Program-made: the position numbers and the translations under genes | The notes under the pieces: generated by a model | What the model was told of the DNA's origin: nothing | Database searches by the model: none | The model's input: the letters and a program-made list of their open reading frames with translations, nothing else | Shown here: positions 24,946-37,984 of the stretch, one piece after another | How the letters are laid out: each line of letters starts with the position of its first letter | Numbering within the stretch: position 1 is the first letter of the stretch | From: Octopus bimaculoides | Lineage: Eukaryota | Direction of reading: 5' to 3' | Assembly: GCF_001194135.2 (NCBI RefSeq) | Contig: NC_068998.1 | Location: forward strand, 32,233,192-32,297,191 | Length of the DNA stretch: 64,000 nt

Positions 24946-25681
24946 TTTTTTTTCAAAAATTTCTTCGGATTTCTGTTTTCAGTATAGGAGAATACGATTT
25001 TACTCCCAAATCACGTTTTCAAAATTTAAATTTCTCCCGCTTCCCCTCCACAATTTCTTAATTTTAAACTTTTTTCAAATTTTAATTTTTAATCCATGTA
25101 GAAAAACAGAGATTATGAATCTGAAAATTGTTTTTTTTTTAAAGTTTAATGTTCCTTAAAGAAATACTCAATGCCCCTTCTCCCACCTGACCCACCCATC
25201 ACCTTTCTACTATCAAAAAGCTAAACATTCTGAATGTTTCACTTTTTTCTGATGTTTCATGCATGGGTAAAATTCTACTGAAATAGCAGGCATCAAAATT
25301 ATCAGACCACCACCAGAAAACCTGACATGCTAGAGACAACAGCTAAACAACATTATTTCTGAAAAACTTCAGAAATGCTAAAAGTGAAACATTCAGAGTT
25401 TTTAGCTTTTTGAATGTGGGGAGGTGATGAGTGAAGGTTGGGGAAGGGAATTTGAGTGTTTCTTTAAGAAAAATTTAAAAAAAAATTTCTGAAGACTCGT
25501 AATCTCTGTATTTTTCTATGTGTATTACAAAAAAAAAAAAAAAAGAAATTTGTAAAGCAGTTAAAATTTTGAAATTAGGATGGGGAGGGGAGAAATTAAA
25601 ATTTTGAAAACGTGTTTTGGGGGCAAAATCCTAATCTCCTATGTCGAAAACATAGGACTAGAAATTTTTTGGGAAAAAAAA
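24946..25681. repeat. Long imperfect inverted repeat (fold-back/MITE-like), arms about 24946-25258 and 25372-25681
   Basis: tcaaaaagctaaacattctgaatgtttcactttt pairs with aaaagtgaaacattcagagtttttagctttttga, and tcccaaatcacgttttcaaaattt pairs with aaattttgaaaacgtgttttgggg. The right arm runs into a gap. Confidence 0.75.
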
Positions 25682-27937
25682 NNNNNNNNNNNNNNNNNNN
25701 NNNNNNNNNNNNNNNNNNNNNNNNNNNNNNNNNNNNNNNNNNNNNNNNNNNNNNNNNNNNNNNNNNNNNNNNNNNNNNNNNNNNNNNNNNNNNNNNNNNN
25801 NNNNNNNNNNNNNNNNNNNNNNNNNNNNNNNNNNNNNNNNNNNNNNNNNNNNNNNNNNNNNNNNNNNNNNNNNNNNNNNNNNNNNNNNNNNNNNNNNNNN
25901 NNNNNNNNNNNNNNNNNNNNNNNNNNNNNNNNNNNNNNNNNNNNNNNNNNNNNNNNNNNNNNNNNNNNNNNNNNNNNNNNNNNNNNNNNNNNNNNNNNNN
26001 NNNNNNNNNNNNNNNNNNNNNNNNNNNNNNNNNNNNNNNNNNNNNNNNNNNNNNNNNNNNNNNNNNNNNNNNNNNNNNNNNNNNNNNNCTTTATAATTTC
26101 CAGATAATATTTTAGATACTTCGAAATCAAAATTGTTGGGTGTTTGTGTAAGGGAAAATTGTGTAACAGAAAATTGTGTTATTAAAATGAATTATCTTTA
26201 ACATACCTTAAAATTCTTGTGAGAAAAACATTTACTAACAGAGAATTATGTTATGGGAATAAATTATCTGTAACATATCTTCTAATTATTGCGGATAAAG
26301 TATTAAAGCTCGAAAACTTGCCCAAGAAGTGTACAATCCAAATTTCAATTTGATTGTGATCTTCTCGCTAGGGGTCACTCTTACTTCAAAAAAAAACAGG
26401 GTTCTGTTTTGTTAGAAATAAAGAGAGAGTGCATATTGTGTCATTCTCCCAATTTCCCTGCAAAGTAAGATTTGCATACTTGCAATATATGACAACATGG
26501 CAAAGAAGAGTCTCATGTATATTTATTCTACTAATACTGGAGTCATGTAAAACATAGTTTATTTAGAAGCATTGTTGACTTCACTGAACATTTGCTGAAG
26601 TGTGCAGTCTGCCCAAACATTACAGAAATGAAGCTTTTTACAATGAAGCAACTTTCTTTCCATGTACCTTACCTTCTGCAATACAAATACCACTATGTCC
26701 TCATTTGGTATCAATTTCTTTACATCTCTAAGTCTTGATTGCTTACTTTTGCATGTTTGCACTCAAAAGCAAAACAAAGTTCTTTTCTTGTGCAACTTTA
26801 CTGTATTTCTTGGGTTTTCACCTTTTATCATCCATGAAACCATACATCACTCCATTACAACTGCCCACCTCTGCATACCAGCATAACCCATTTATTTTCA
26901 AGAAGCACAACATCTCTATACATTTATGCCAAACTGCCCACATCATCAACCCTGTTTACTCATGTCCTTATATATGTACATATACATACAACCCCAAAAG
27001 TCTCTTTTTTATTCTGTTGGCCTCAACATTGATATAAACTGATACCAAATATGCTTGCAGAAAACCATAATACTTTTGAACATGGCCTTTTCATTGGGGA
27101 GGCTAATGTATATGTGTTATTCACAGTTATCAACAGATATTATGGGATGGGTAAGAACTATTTCAGCTTCTACATTACCCAATTTGTAACCATAAAACTG
27201 AGCTACCAATGTTGCTGTATGAGATATCAAAAGATTGATCAATCTTTCGGCTACCAGCGTAAAGTAAGTTTTTTGCACAACCCAATCTTACTACAAAAAT
27301 GAACACCAAAATGAGGCTGAGTTGCACAAATTTTAGGTCATTTTGGAGGCAATGTTAGGATTTCCTTCTAATCTAAGCTGCCATTGTACGTGTTTTTGGT
27401 GTCAAACATTTCAACATTGTTAGTCAGAAAATAGCTGAAATACATGTTTATAAAGAAGAGTTATTTGCTTGATACTTTTTGTGTGCTGATTCTACCCATA
27501 AGAAAGGAATAACTAATACAATGTGGCTGTAAGTCATAACACCCGGGCAATGCTGTTGACAGATGAAAACTAAGGAGATGATGTGAAGTATGGGGGAGAA
27601 ATAGATAGACAGTGGTGGATATAATGAGTGACAAAAAAGGGAAGAGCACTGATGGCAGATATGAGATGATGTTCAGGGCAATGGGGCATACAATAGAAAT
27701 GTAGTGGTTATGGTAGATGTTGGGAGTACATGAGGGAAGAGATAACTTGTAGCACATGAGAAAGAAACAGAATATATGCAGTTCTGCTCTCACAGTTAGA
27801 AAGGTTGAGGAGGGAGGGGTGTTATGCTAAATTGCAAGAAAGGCTTGGCAGGGCAGATTGGGTGTGGGTGTGCATAGACATTAATCATACGCTTTTAGGG
27901 TTCCATCTATGTATGTCTATATATATATGTGTGTGTG

Positions 27938-27971
<34 letters not shown>

Positions 27972-28083
27972 GTATAAAAGATTGTGTGTAAGGCCAAAAC
28001 AATGCAAAGTAAATGCAAGGTAAATCACAAGAAAACAAATATGTGAAATAATGTAGACTTACCTTGTATTCAGTATTTTGGGG

Positions 28084-28705
28084 TTATGACCCCATTTTCA
28101 AGGAATTTTGCCAATGTGTGAGAGCGTGTGTGGAGGGGACATGCACAGAAGGGTGTTGCCATAGCAACCAGCTAGCTTCCTGTAACTCCATTCTATTGTT
28201 GATTTTGGGCTTCTTTTGGTGTATGAGGATGGCCTCAAAGATTCTAAAGTTGCCCCTGTTCCACTGTGTTGCCTTGATGTACACTGTGAATTCCCAGGTC
28301 TGGCATTTCCGTAGATGTTTCTTCACGGAAGTGTCTGCCTGCATGTTTTCCTTAATGCATACATGCAGTTTCCATGTTGTGCTTCCGATGTAGGATGCGC
28401 CACATTTGCCTCAGATGATCTCATATACGACATAGGTCCTCTGGCACAATTCAGGGTTATTGATGGGAAGTTTGACAATGTACACTCCTCTGAGTAGTGA
28501 GAGGTGCTGTTCTTTGATATGTCGAGTCCTTCCCTGCAGACTGTGTGTTGTATTGCTGCAATAGTTATGTCGTCAAAGTGTGGGAGCTTTAGGAAACATG
28601 TGCCGGACTTGGGAGTATGCTGGTTCTTCCAGGGTTTATTGACCTTGATGTTCTTCAGGCACTATTGTTAGCTAAAGATGATGGGTAGCCATTCAAGGTT
28701 AGGTC
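28084..28705 (-). mobile_element. Penelope-like element 3' fragment with GIY-YIG endonuclease
   Basis: The minus strand gives LNGYP, YVVYEII*GKCGASYIGSTTWKLHVCIKEN and FEAILIHQKKPKINNRMEL. Confidence 0.82.
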
Positions 28706-28734
28706 TCTGTGTATATATATAAAAAAAATAAATG

Positions 28735-28973
28735 CACCCTTTTAAAGCCTAGCCAAGCTCATGGGCCCGGTTTCTATGGTGTATGTGTTCCCCAGCTGGA
28801 TGGGATGCTAGTCCATCACAGCGTTACTCATTTTTGCCAGCTGAGTGGACTGGAGCAACGTGAAATGAAATGTTTTGCCCAAGAACGCAACAAACACATC
28901 GCCTGGTCCAGGAATTGAAAGCACAACCTTACGATCATGATTCTGACACCCTAACCAATAAGCCACGCACCTC

Positions 28974-28974
<1 letters not shown>
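28735..28974 (-). mobile_element. tRNA-derived SINE with V/Meta-like central domain
   Basis: Minus head ggaggtgcgtggcttattggttagggtgtc..ttcaattcctgg and body gttgctccagtccactcagctggcaaaaatgagt..gatggactagcatcccatccag. A related relic lies at about 33705-33810. Confidence 0.78.
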
Positions 28975-29045
<71 letters not shown>

Positions 29046-29133
29046 CTCATCATCATCAATATATATATATATATCTATATATATATGAATATATATTTGT
29101 ATGTTTGTATATGTGTGTTCACATATGTATATA

Positions 29134-29260
29134 CAGGGTGTCCACAAAGTCTGGGTACATGGGGATTAACACATACTTTAAGAAATTATCATTTCTTATA
29201 TTTAATTGTTTATATTATGATTCTATTTACTCCATGTACCCAGGCCTTGTAGATACCCTG
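29134..29260. mobile_element. 127-bp Tc1/mariner-type MITE
   Basis: TIRs cagggtgtccacaaagtctgggtacatgg and ccatgtacccaggccttgtagataccctg, with TA on both sides. Confidence 0.85.
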
Positions 29261-32200
29261 TATGTACATATATAAGTATGTGTATGCATATGTATATATA
29301 TACACACATATAGGTATACACACACATGCACATATTTATATAATGCTTAATATTATCTGCATTCACTACATTCCTGTATTTTGTAAAATCTACCTAAAGA
29401 TCCTTCCCATTGAAGAGTTAATACATTAAAAAAATTCATTGTCATGTATCAAAAACTAAATATGATGTAGGCATGGAGGATAATTCTAGCAAAAGGCCAT
29501 TATTAGAAGACGACAAATTTTTGAACCCCAAGATTGCCCTTGAAACTTAACTGATACTTCCTTTATCAACATTATGAAAATGAAAAGTTACATTAACTCT
29601 GTAGAATTTGAATTTAGAGCATAAAGGGTTGCAAGCTATATTACCTGGCACTTTGTTGCTTCTATTTGTAATAAAGCACCAAAAAGAATTTGACCCAACA
29701 CCTTTCAGTAAGTATCTTTGTGTATTTACCAATTATAAACCTAGCTTTTAACTATTTTATTTATCACAATAATCCTATTAATTTATGCTGTTATTGATTG
29801 ATTTTCCTCATTGTCTGCTGTTAACTTATTTACAACTATGATTTAGTATCTTTCTTTTTTTTTTTTTATAAGAGGCTGTTTTATTGTTGCATTTTTTTTT
29901 GGCCAATGTTTCTTTCAATTATTCTGAAAACTTGGATTGACTAAAGAAAGTAAATACTTAAGTTAAACACTCAAGTTTATTAAAAATTTATGGACACACA
30001 CTTTGTTAATTTACTTTCACAGATTAGAATTTGAAATTGAAGTATTTTAATATTCAACCCAATGTACAAAAATAAGCTGCTACCTCATCAATTACTTTTT
30101 TCATGAGTCTTACACTAACAGTTGCTTAGAACAACTTCAGAAAAATGAGGAGTCCATTATGAAATAGCTTAACCTGCAAGAAATTACAACCAAATTTTCC
30201 TCCAATTACAGCTCCAATCTTAAAAAAGCAAGGACACATCAGTCATAAAAGTTTATGTATACAAAAATACAATGTGGGTATGGCAGATATACTTTGGGTC
30301 ATAAGTCTTGAGTCATTGAAGAAGCTTCTATGTGAGAATTCAATTGACTAGAAATAGAAGCTAACTTTCTCTTTATCATCTTCAAAAGAAAGATACATAA
30401 GGCAAACAGATTGTGTGCACTATTCTTAAGACAAAAATGATGTAGTCATGGCTGGAAGAATATATTTTTAGCATATATCTGTATAGTGAGAGCTGTCCTG
30501 GGTATTACAATGGGGTTGAGGCTGCAACTTGGCCTTGTTACTGCTGGAACAAGAGGCTAAGTAAAAAGCAAAAATCCTCATGTTATGAAAGGAAAAATGC
30601 ATTCTTGATTGGATTAAATGAAAGAGCCATTCTTGAACTTCACAAATAATTTAATACCAATTCAGAACCAGGTAAGAATTCACCAATAACATGCTTCGGT
30701 TGAAGTGGTACATTAATGAAGAGTGAATACATATTATCTTGCCTCGTCACATTCCATCTGGTAAATTAAAAATGTATGAGAGAATTTTGTACGCCAATTA
30801 GGTTTATCTCTCGTGTAGAAGGAAGTCATACACATGTTGTGCAACTTAAATAGTTGTGAGGTACACGGCCATGTGCAACAAAAATGAAGTGCTGTTGACA
30901 CAGAGATATGTCTAGGACCAAGTCTGATGGTTGAAAAGAGGTCGAAGTTCCATGGCTGTTCAATATATAGCCCAAAGACTGCTGGTTCCCCCTGGCGACT
31001 AAATTACATTCTATAATATTCCATGGCTCATTGAGATTAGTAAAAGAGACATAGATCCAATTTCTTAGAAGCTTCTAGAATGTTTGCCAAGGGAGATCAT
31101 TGTGGGTAATTCCCATGACTTGCCAATGTAAAATAGGTAATAATAAATCTGTTTCAAATTACGTAACTCCTACATGGGAATAAACAACGAGTGTGTTTTT
31201 CTGTTGAGGATTTACAAATTTTAAGAATAACCTAGAAAATTCTTGATAGTCATTTTCATGGTAAATTTCTTTCTTTCGTCATTGTTGTTATTTGTTGCTA
31301 GTCTTGAAAGAGTGATGTTTGCAAACATGCAGTCCTTATTTTTATGTTACTGGAAAAGATCTAGTTGCTATATTGTTCAGATACACTGACTACATACAAG
31401 CTTTCTCATCTAATATAAGATTATGTACAAACCCAGTGTCCTTTCTCTTGCAGTTTAAATCTTTAAAGAATTTTGTCATGATCCCCCTATGTTCTCATCA
31501 CTCTAACATTTACCCTACAAACGAATGGCATTCCATTTTAGTTTTGTTCTTGACTCATATGTCTTGCGATTCCAAAGAGTCTGCTTCACATTTTATGGCT
31601 AGCACAAAATCTTGAACATTTGAGATGATATTTTCATTAAATGCTTGTCAGAGTACCTCCTGAATTTTCTGAGTGACAGTTTCCACACAACATTTATACG
31701 TTAAATAAGTTTAAACAAAATCAACAGTTTCCCTCATTCAGCCAAACATTAGCAAACTGTAGGTGTGCTCTTGTCATATTAGTAGTTTCTAAGCTGTAGA
31801 ATATTTGTTTGGAAAAGGAACTCATATTTAAAACCTTGTGCCATTTTAATATGTCTTCATTACCATAAACATTTTAACTTCTGTTTTACCATATTTGTGT
31901 GGGTTGGACACGGCCAGCAAATTTTCTTTCTTTTTTTTAATTTTTTTTTGATTTTACTTTTTTTACACTTGATATTTGCATGTGATAATTCAATATTTTC
32001 TTACATCTCTTACTTTTGGTCTCTGATAATCTGTGGAAGGGTGAACCAGTAGATTCACTTATACAGATGTAAAATTGAAATGTTCTCCTCATTTTTCAGA
32101 TATTCCTTGATTTTAGTTTATAACACCTGTAGTGGGCATTCAGATTACTGCTTCAGCCTTATGTGAATCGAAAAGTCAGAAATATTTTATTCTTCTATCT

Positions 32201-33218
32201 TTCTTATATTCTCGCTTTTTCTCTACACATATCTCTTTTTATTCTTATCCCCTCCACTCTCGAATTTTCCTGGCCTTTTTTTCCCTCATGATTACTCTCA
32301 TCATCAATCTCCTTACAAGCCATTTCTATTTCTCCCATATTCACTCTGTGTCTCTCTCACATGCCAATTCAGTCATGCTTCCATTCTCTCACAACTTTTG
32401 ACTTTCTTGTTCGCAACTCTCTTCTTTCTCCTTTACTGTCTACCACTTACTACGTTGTGCAGTAATCTTCCACATTTCCCCTGAGTCCTATTTTCTCTTT
32501 CCCATTTCTTCTTCATTTATTCCAATTCTCAGTGTAACATAAGTGATACCTGATTTTACTGCTTGAAATATATATTTATCCATCCGTCCATTCAGCCATA
32601 TGCATACACACATACATTCTTGCACACACACATATATGCAGGAATATATATAAGAATGCCTGTCAGTATACAACTGCTATCACACTAAAATAGCACAAAA
32701 GAGATGACTGTAGTCCCTGCTGTAAAGATAGCTTGAGAAAAATATTAACACCTTGTACCACAGATTCTCATATTCAGATAACATCATTAATGTGTAAAGG
32801 GAACAGTAAGCTAACTGCATGCCAACTACATCTTATGGAAAAATATCGGTGGAAAATAACTTTAACATGAACTGAAGATATTTAAGTGAAAAAACTATAT
32901 TTTCTAAAATTCAAACCTATCAACTGCATGCTGGAATATATAAAAAAAAAACCCAAAGAAACAAGAAACAAAAAATACAAACAACTTAGAGAAAAGAGGA
33001 ACTTAACTTTAGTCTAAGATTTAGAGTGAAAAGAAGAATTTACAGTCAGTCATCGTGATTATATGTAATCATAGAATAATACTGGACTGGTAAATCAACA
33101 TAAAATCTAAATTTTGTACCAAAGTTAAAGAAAAGCTGAGAATGAAAAGTCATCAAGAAAAAAACTTAATAGTTAGAGAGAAGCACAAAATTTTGATGAT
33201 TCACAATAGAGTATATAT

Positions 33219-33446
33219 TTAACCCCCTTCAGCATTCAAACTGGCCATATCCAGCCTAAATACTCTGTATTTTATGTTCAAGCCAGTCAGACACAGCCTC
33301 TCACACCTACCCTACAATATCCTTCGAAATTTAAGCAATTGCATCATGAAAATCTCAAAGCTAGAAGATAATGCATGATTAATTCAAAACAATGTGAATA
33401 AATGAGCATTACATTTGACAGATTAATCTGAATGCGAAAGGGTTAA
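33219..33446. mobile_element. piggyBac-like MITE, opposite orientation to 19609-19833
   Basis: ttaaccccc..cagcattc ... gaatgcgaaagggttaa, with TTAA at both ends. Confidence 0.75.
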
Positions 33447-34120
33447 AAAGACCTGGAAAGTAAAGATGGCACCTTAAATGGGTTTATCATATCGTACATA
33501 CATACACTGGTATAAATGGGAAGAAGATGAAGAAAAGAGTAACAACCAGAGCTATCATTTGCAAGTGGGCACTATCTGGTAGCATGTAACATGCATTAAC
33601 TAACTGCTTTAGATACCTGTGTAGTTGCTAGGAATCACAACTTCCTTCAAAGCCTGCCTTTCACTCAATCCAGCAGAATAACCATAATTCAGATAAGAAA
33701 AGGCTGCTCCAATGCAAGGCTGATACTCATTTTTGGCTGAGTAGACTGGAGCAATGTCAAGTATCTTGCTCAAGAACACAACATTATGCTCAGTCCAAAA
33801 ATCAACTTCTCAGTCCAAAATCAATCCTAATCATTAGGCCACATATCTTATCTTGGAAGATGCATGATTTATTGGTTAAGGTTGGATAAAAGAATTCTCA
33901 ATTTTAAAAGAAGAGTGAGATATTTTTATTTAAAGCTCTAAAACTTCACAAATTGTAATTTCAGTTGTCACATTATCAAACATTGGACAAAAATGAACAT
34001 ATATCAGTGATATATGTTTGCTTTGTGATGGAATTTTTAATAATATTGTTTCATTTACTTCATTTTCATCTGAAAACAAGTCAAATGACACTCCTAGTTG
34101 AGATTTCCTTTACCTTTTAT

Positions 34121-34330
34121 CTTTTACTTGTTTCAGTCATTAAACTGTAGCCATGCTGGAGCATCACCTTGAAGAATTTTTTAGTGAAATGAATCGACCC
34201 CAGTATGTATTTTTTTTCAAGCCTGGTACTTATTTTGTTGGTCTCTGTTGTTGTATAGCTAAGTTATGAGTATGAAAACAGCACCAGCACTGGTTGTCAA
34301 GTAATGGTGGGGAATAAGCACAAACACAAA
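34121..34330 (-). mobile_element. tRNA/CORE-like SINE, 3' part
   Basis: ttttacttgtttcagtcattaaactgtagccatgctggagcatcacc. Confidence 0.78.
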
Positions 34331-34342
34331 GACACACACACA

Positions 34343-34390
<48 letters not shown>

Positions 34391-34391
<1 letters not shown>

Positions 34392-34620
34392 CTGAAGGAG
34401 TAAAATTAATCAAAGGGCATACTAAGTGTATGTCTACATGCTGGAAATAACAGTCAAAACTCTTATTTAAATCGCCAAAATGCACTGATAATAACTACAG
34501 AAATTGATTTCTGTAGTTACTATCAGTGTATTTTGGCAATTTAAATAAGAGATTTGACTGTTATTTCCAGCATGTAGACATACACTTAGTATGCCCTTTG
34601 ATTAATTTTACTCCTTCAGC
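34391..34620. repeat. 230-bp near-perfect palindrome
   Basis: Arms 34391-34504 and 34507-34620 (114 bp each) with a 2-nt spacer. I count 4 mismatches by eye. Confidence 0.97.
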
Positions 34621-34753
34621 GTTTTGGGGGGCCTGCAATCGCCTATATTATTGATTCTGTTATTATCAATTTTAAATTGTTATACTAGATAATAATAAAG
34701 TCAATATCTTCACAAATATTTTCGTCTGAATTATTTGCTCCATATATATATAC

Positions 34754-34849
<96 letters not shown>

Positions 34850-35374
34850 ATGCAGTTCAAATTTACAGAAAACAAATGACAAAGACAGGTGAGGGAACAA
34901 AAAACAAGTGTATTAGTTTGATGCTCAGGAAGAATGGAAAAGGCTTTGACATTTTGAGCCTATAATCTTCAACAGAAGGGGTTGAGAGGAAGAAAATGGA
35001 GGGAGAATAAAAATGAAAAAATAGAGAGGAAAAAATGTGTAGGGGGTTAATGTGATGAAATGACTGGAAGAAAGATGATGATTGAAAGAGAGATAATAAC
35101 TATGATCCAACTGAACTAGGGTGTGCAAGTGCATGTGTGTGTGTATGTGTATAAGTGAGCTAATGTGTGGATTGTGAGGAGTGAGGTATATTTCATGTAT
35201 TTATGTGTGTGTGCACGTATAGACGTGTGTATAAGTGTGCAACACTGTGTGTGTGTTGAGGCTATCGTGTGTGTGTGTGTGTGTATGTGCACATGTGTGC
35301 AAACGCTTGTATATAACAGTTAATGTGTGCTTGTTCGAGTGGTGTGTGTATATGCAAATGACTATGCGTCTCTT

Positions 35375-35585
35375 TGTGTATGTTTGCCTGCCACTACCAC
35401 CACTTGACTACCGGTGTTGGTTTGTTTATGCCCCCATAATCTAATGGTTTGGCAAAAGAGACTGACAGAATAAGTACCAGGCTTTAAAATAAATACTGGG
35501 GGCAATTTGTTCACCTAAATCCTTCAAGGTAGTATCCCAACATGCCTGCAGTCCAATGACTGAAACAAGTAAAAGATAAAAGATA
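35375..35585 (+). mobile_element. tRNA/CORE-like SINE, 3' part
   Basis: cttgactaccggtgttgg..gcaaaagagactgacagaataagtacc..aatgactgaaacaagtaaaagataaaag. Confidence 0.78.
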
Positions 35586-35833
35586 TAAATATATATATAT
35601 GTATATAAGCATATAGAAAAATTATGATTTAGAGGTGATGTAACCATAGGCACTACTGGTGTATTACCTCACTATGTATAGGCCTTGCTATAAGGTTAAC
35701 AGTAGTTGGTAATATGTATACAAGTATGATTATATGCATTATGTATATATGTATCCATGAATGTGTGTTTGTGTGTGTGTAAGTGTGTGCACGCATGTAT
35801 ATGTATGTATATATATATATATGTATATATATA

Positions 35834-36890
35834 CAGTGGGTTACCCATATACAGAAGAAAATTAAACTCATATAGTAAACTAAAATTTGATTAACAAACC
35901 ATGAACAGACTAAACATGTGTATAAGTGACTGGTAGGGTATATACGGATAGTATATTAAACGAACAAATTGTATAGCAAACAGTTTTTCTGAAGAAAATC
36001 ATATTCAGCTAATGAGCTGAAATTTGAACAGTGAATGAACAAACTAGATATGCATATATATCACTGGGAGAGCATATACAAATGGTTAATTAATGTCCAT
36101 GTATGCATTTCTTGTAGCCTGTAAATTTTCAAATATTAAATAGAAAATAATGATATTTCTCATATTTTTCACTAAAAATATATGAAATACCATTATTTTC
36201 TATACAATATAGAAAATCAATTACTATAGGAGGAAATAATTTGTAAACATGAAAATGGAACAATTGTTAATAACCAGAGTGGCAGGATCAACAATCTGTA
36301 CCATACTGAAAAAAGAAGCACAAGTTTAAAAAGTGTTCAAGTAGCTAAGGGAAACTTAGTAAATCACCTCTCAATTTTATTGAAAAGATAACTTTATTTT
36401 TGGTATGGATTAAAGAAAAAGAAATTACTTCTGATAGTCTAAGTGAATCGATAATTCGTGCAAAAGCCAAACAGTTGTTTGATGATCTTAGAGTGAATTT
36501 CCCCAGTGGAAGTGATACTATAGTGCTGGATTTTCTTGCTTCAAACAGTTGGTTAATCAGATTCCAAAAAACAAATGGATTACATAGTATTGTGAGGTAT
36601 TGTGAGATGTGACTTCAGACCATAATGCAGTTCATGAATATCACAGTGTGTTTTTAAACACTATTTAGAAGGGTGTCTTTGTTTTACAGCTGGTGTTCAG
36701 CTGTGACAAGGCAGGGCTTCTTTGCAAAAAGATGCTTTGTAGAATACACATGACAAAAGAGGTGAGTTCAGTACCAGGCCAGAAGCCAATGAAAGACCAG
36801 CTAATCTTTGTATGAATACATTTTGAGGCTGTAAAGTAAAACCTCTTCCTGTCTGTCATTCAGATAACCTCAGAATATTCAAAAACATAT
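35834..36890 (+). mobile_element. Tigger/pogo-like transposase relic
   Basis: ORF 36400-36612 is CENP-B HTH-like (WIKEK..IIRAKAKQL..FLASNSWLIRF). Downstream VFSCDKAGL..PGQKPMKDQL resembles VFNCDETGL..PGHKPMKDRL. Confidence 0.75.
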
Positions 36891-36962
36891 ATAAGAATTG
36901 TCTGAAAGCATGGTATAATCTGTCATGTCATACTTGCTTTTGAGTAGTGGATATTATGGTTT

Positions 36963-36994
<32 letters not shown>

Positions 36995-36995
36995 C

Positions 36996-37330
36996 ACAAT
37001 TATAAATAATGGCAAAAGAAAAAATTTTCTTTGCCAATATGCTGAAAAATAGATGCTAAATCATCTAACCACATAAGATATTTTCACTTATATTATTACA
37101 CCACATGTCCCTCGCTGATGAAAGAAGAATCCCTTTTGGATTAATCCAGAAATTGGGACCGATTCAAGGATAACTGTATTTTTATGAATTTCTGTTAGCT
37201 TGTTTCCTCATTTCAACACGTGGTGTAACAACATAAGTGAAAGTATTTTATGTGGTTATACGATTTCGTGTTTATTTTTCAGCATATTAGCAAAGAAAAA
37301 AAAAAAATTTTTGCCCTTATTTATAATTGT
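36996..37330. repeat. Fold-back element, arms 36996-37108 and 37216-37330, with a decayed hammerhead motif in the spacer
   Basis: ttttcacttatattattacaccacatgt pairs with acacgtggtgtaacaacataagtgaaag, and ctttgccaatatgctgaaaaata pairs with tatttttcagcatattagcaaag. Confidence 0.85.
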
Positions 37331-37572
37331 ATTTGTAATTTTCCCCTTAAAAGGTATTTTTCATATGTTGTCCACTGATAAAATTTTTTTTTTAAATTTT
37401 TAATAAGATTTTATCCTTATCTTAGAAGTGTATTTATGTAGATAGATATATATGTACACATACATGAATATATACTTACACACACACACACACTCACACA
37501 TATTTATCAATATTTCCAGTGCCTTGTGGACCAATTTGGTAGATGGAAACTGAAAGAGGACTATCATATATG

Positions 37573-37608
<36 letters not shown>

Positions 37609-37984
37609 TTTACAAAACTTCACTGAGATATGAGTAAGGATTGTGATGTCACCATTTGCAGTTCACCTACATATGGTAAGATATTCTTTGCGATTGTGCT
37701 GCAACTAATAAAATTAGTTGAGAATTCTTTCTAATAAAGTCATCCACTATTTCTGACCACATGGCTATCTTTTGAATAAAAATCTCTTATTTGAAAAACA
37801 GACGAAGGTTAGTGACAGGAAGTTTGCCTGGCTTTAAAATCTTGCCTCAGTATTTACTTCTGTCTAAGCCATGCTAGCAAGGAAACCAAATGTAATAGGA
37901 AAACACTTCATCGTGTCAGATAGAAGATACTATGGTGGTGTTGTCAGGAAAGCAATCAAGAAATAGATGAAGTGTTTGAGTCAA

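Noticed and set aside
26440-27150. Possible piggyBac transposase relic on the minus strand
   Set aside because: Only scattered weak motif resemblance across many frameshifts, which cannot be supported without a profile search.
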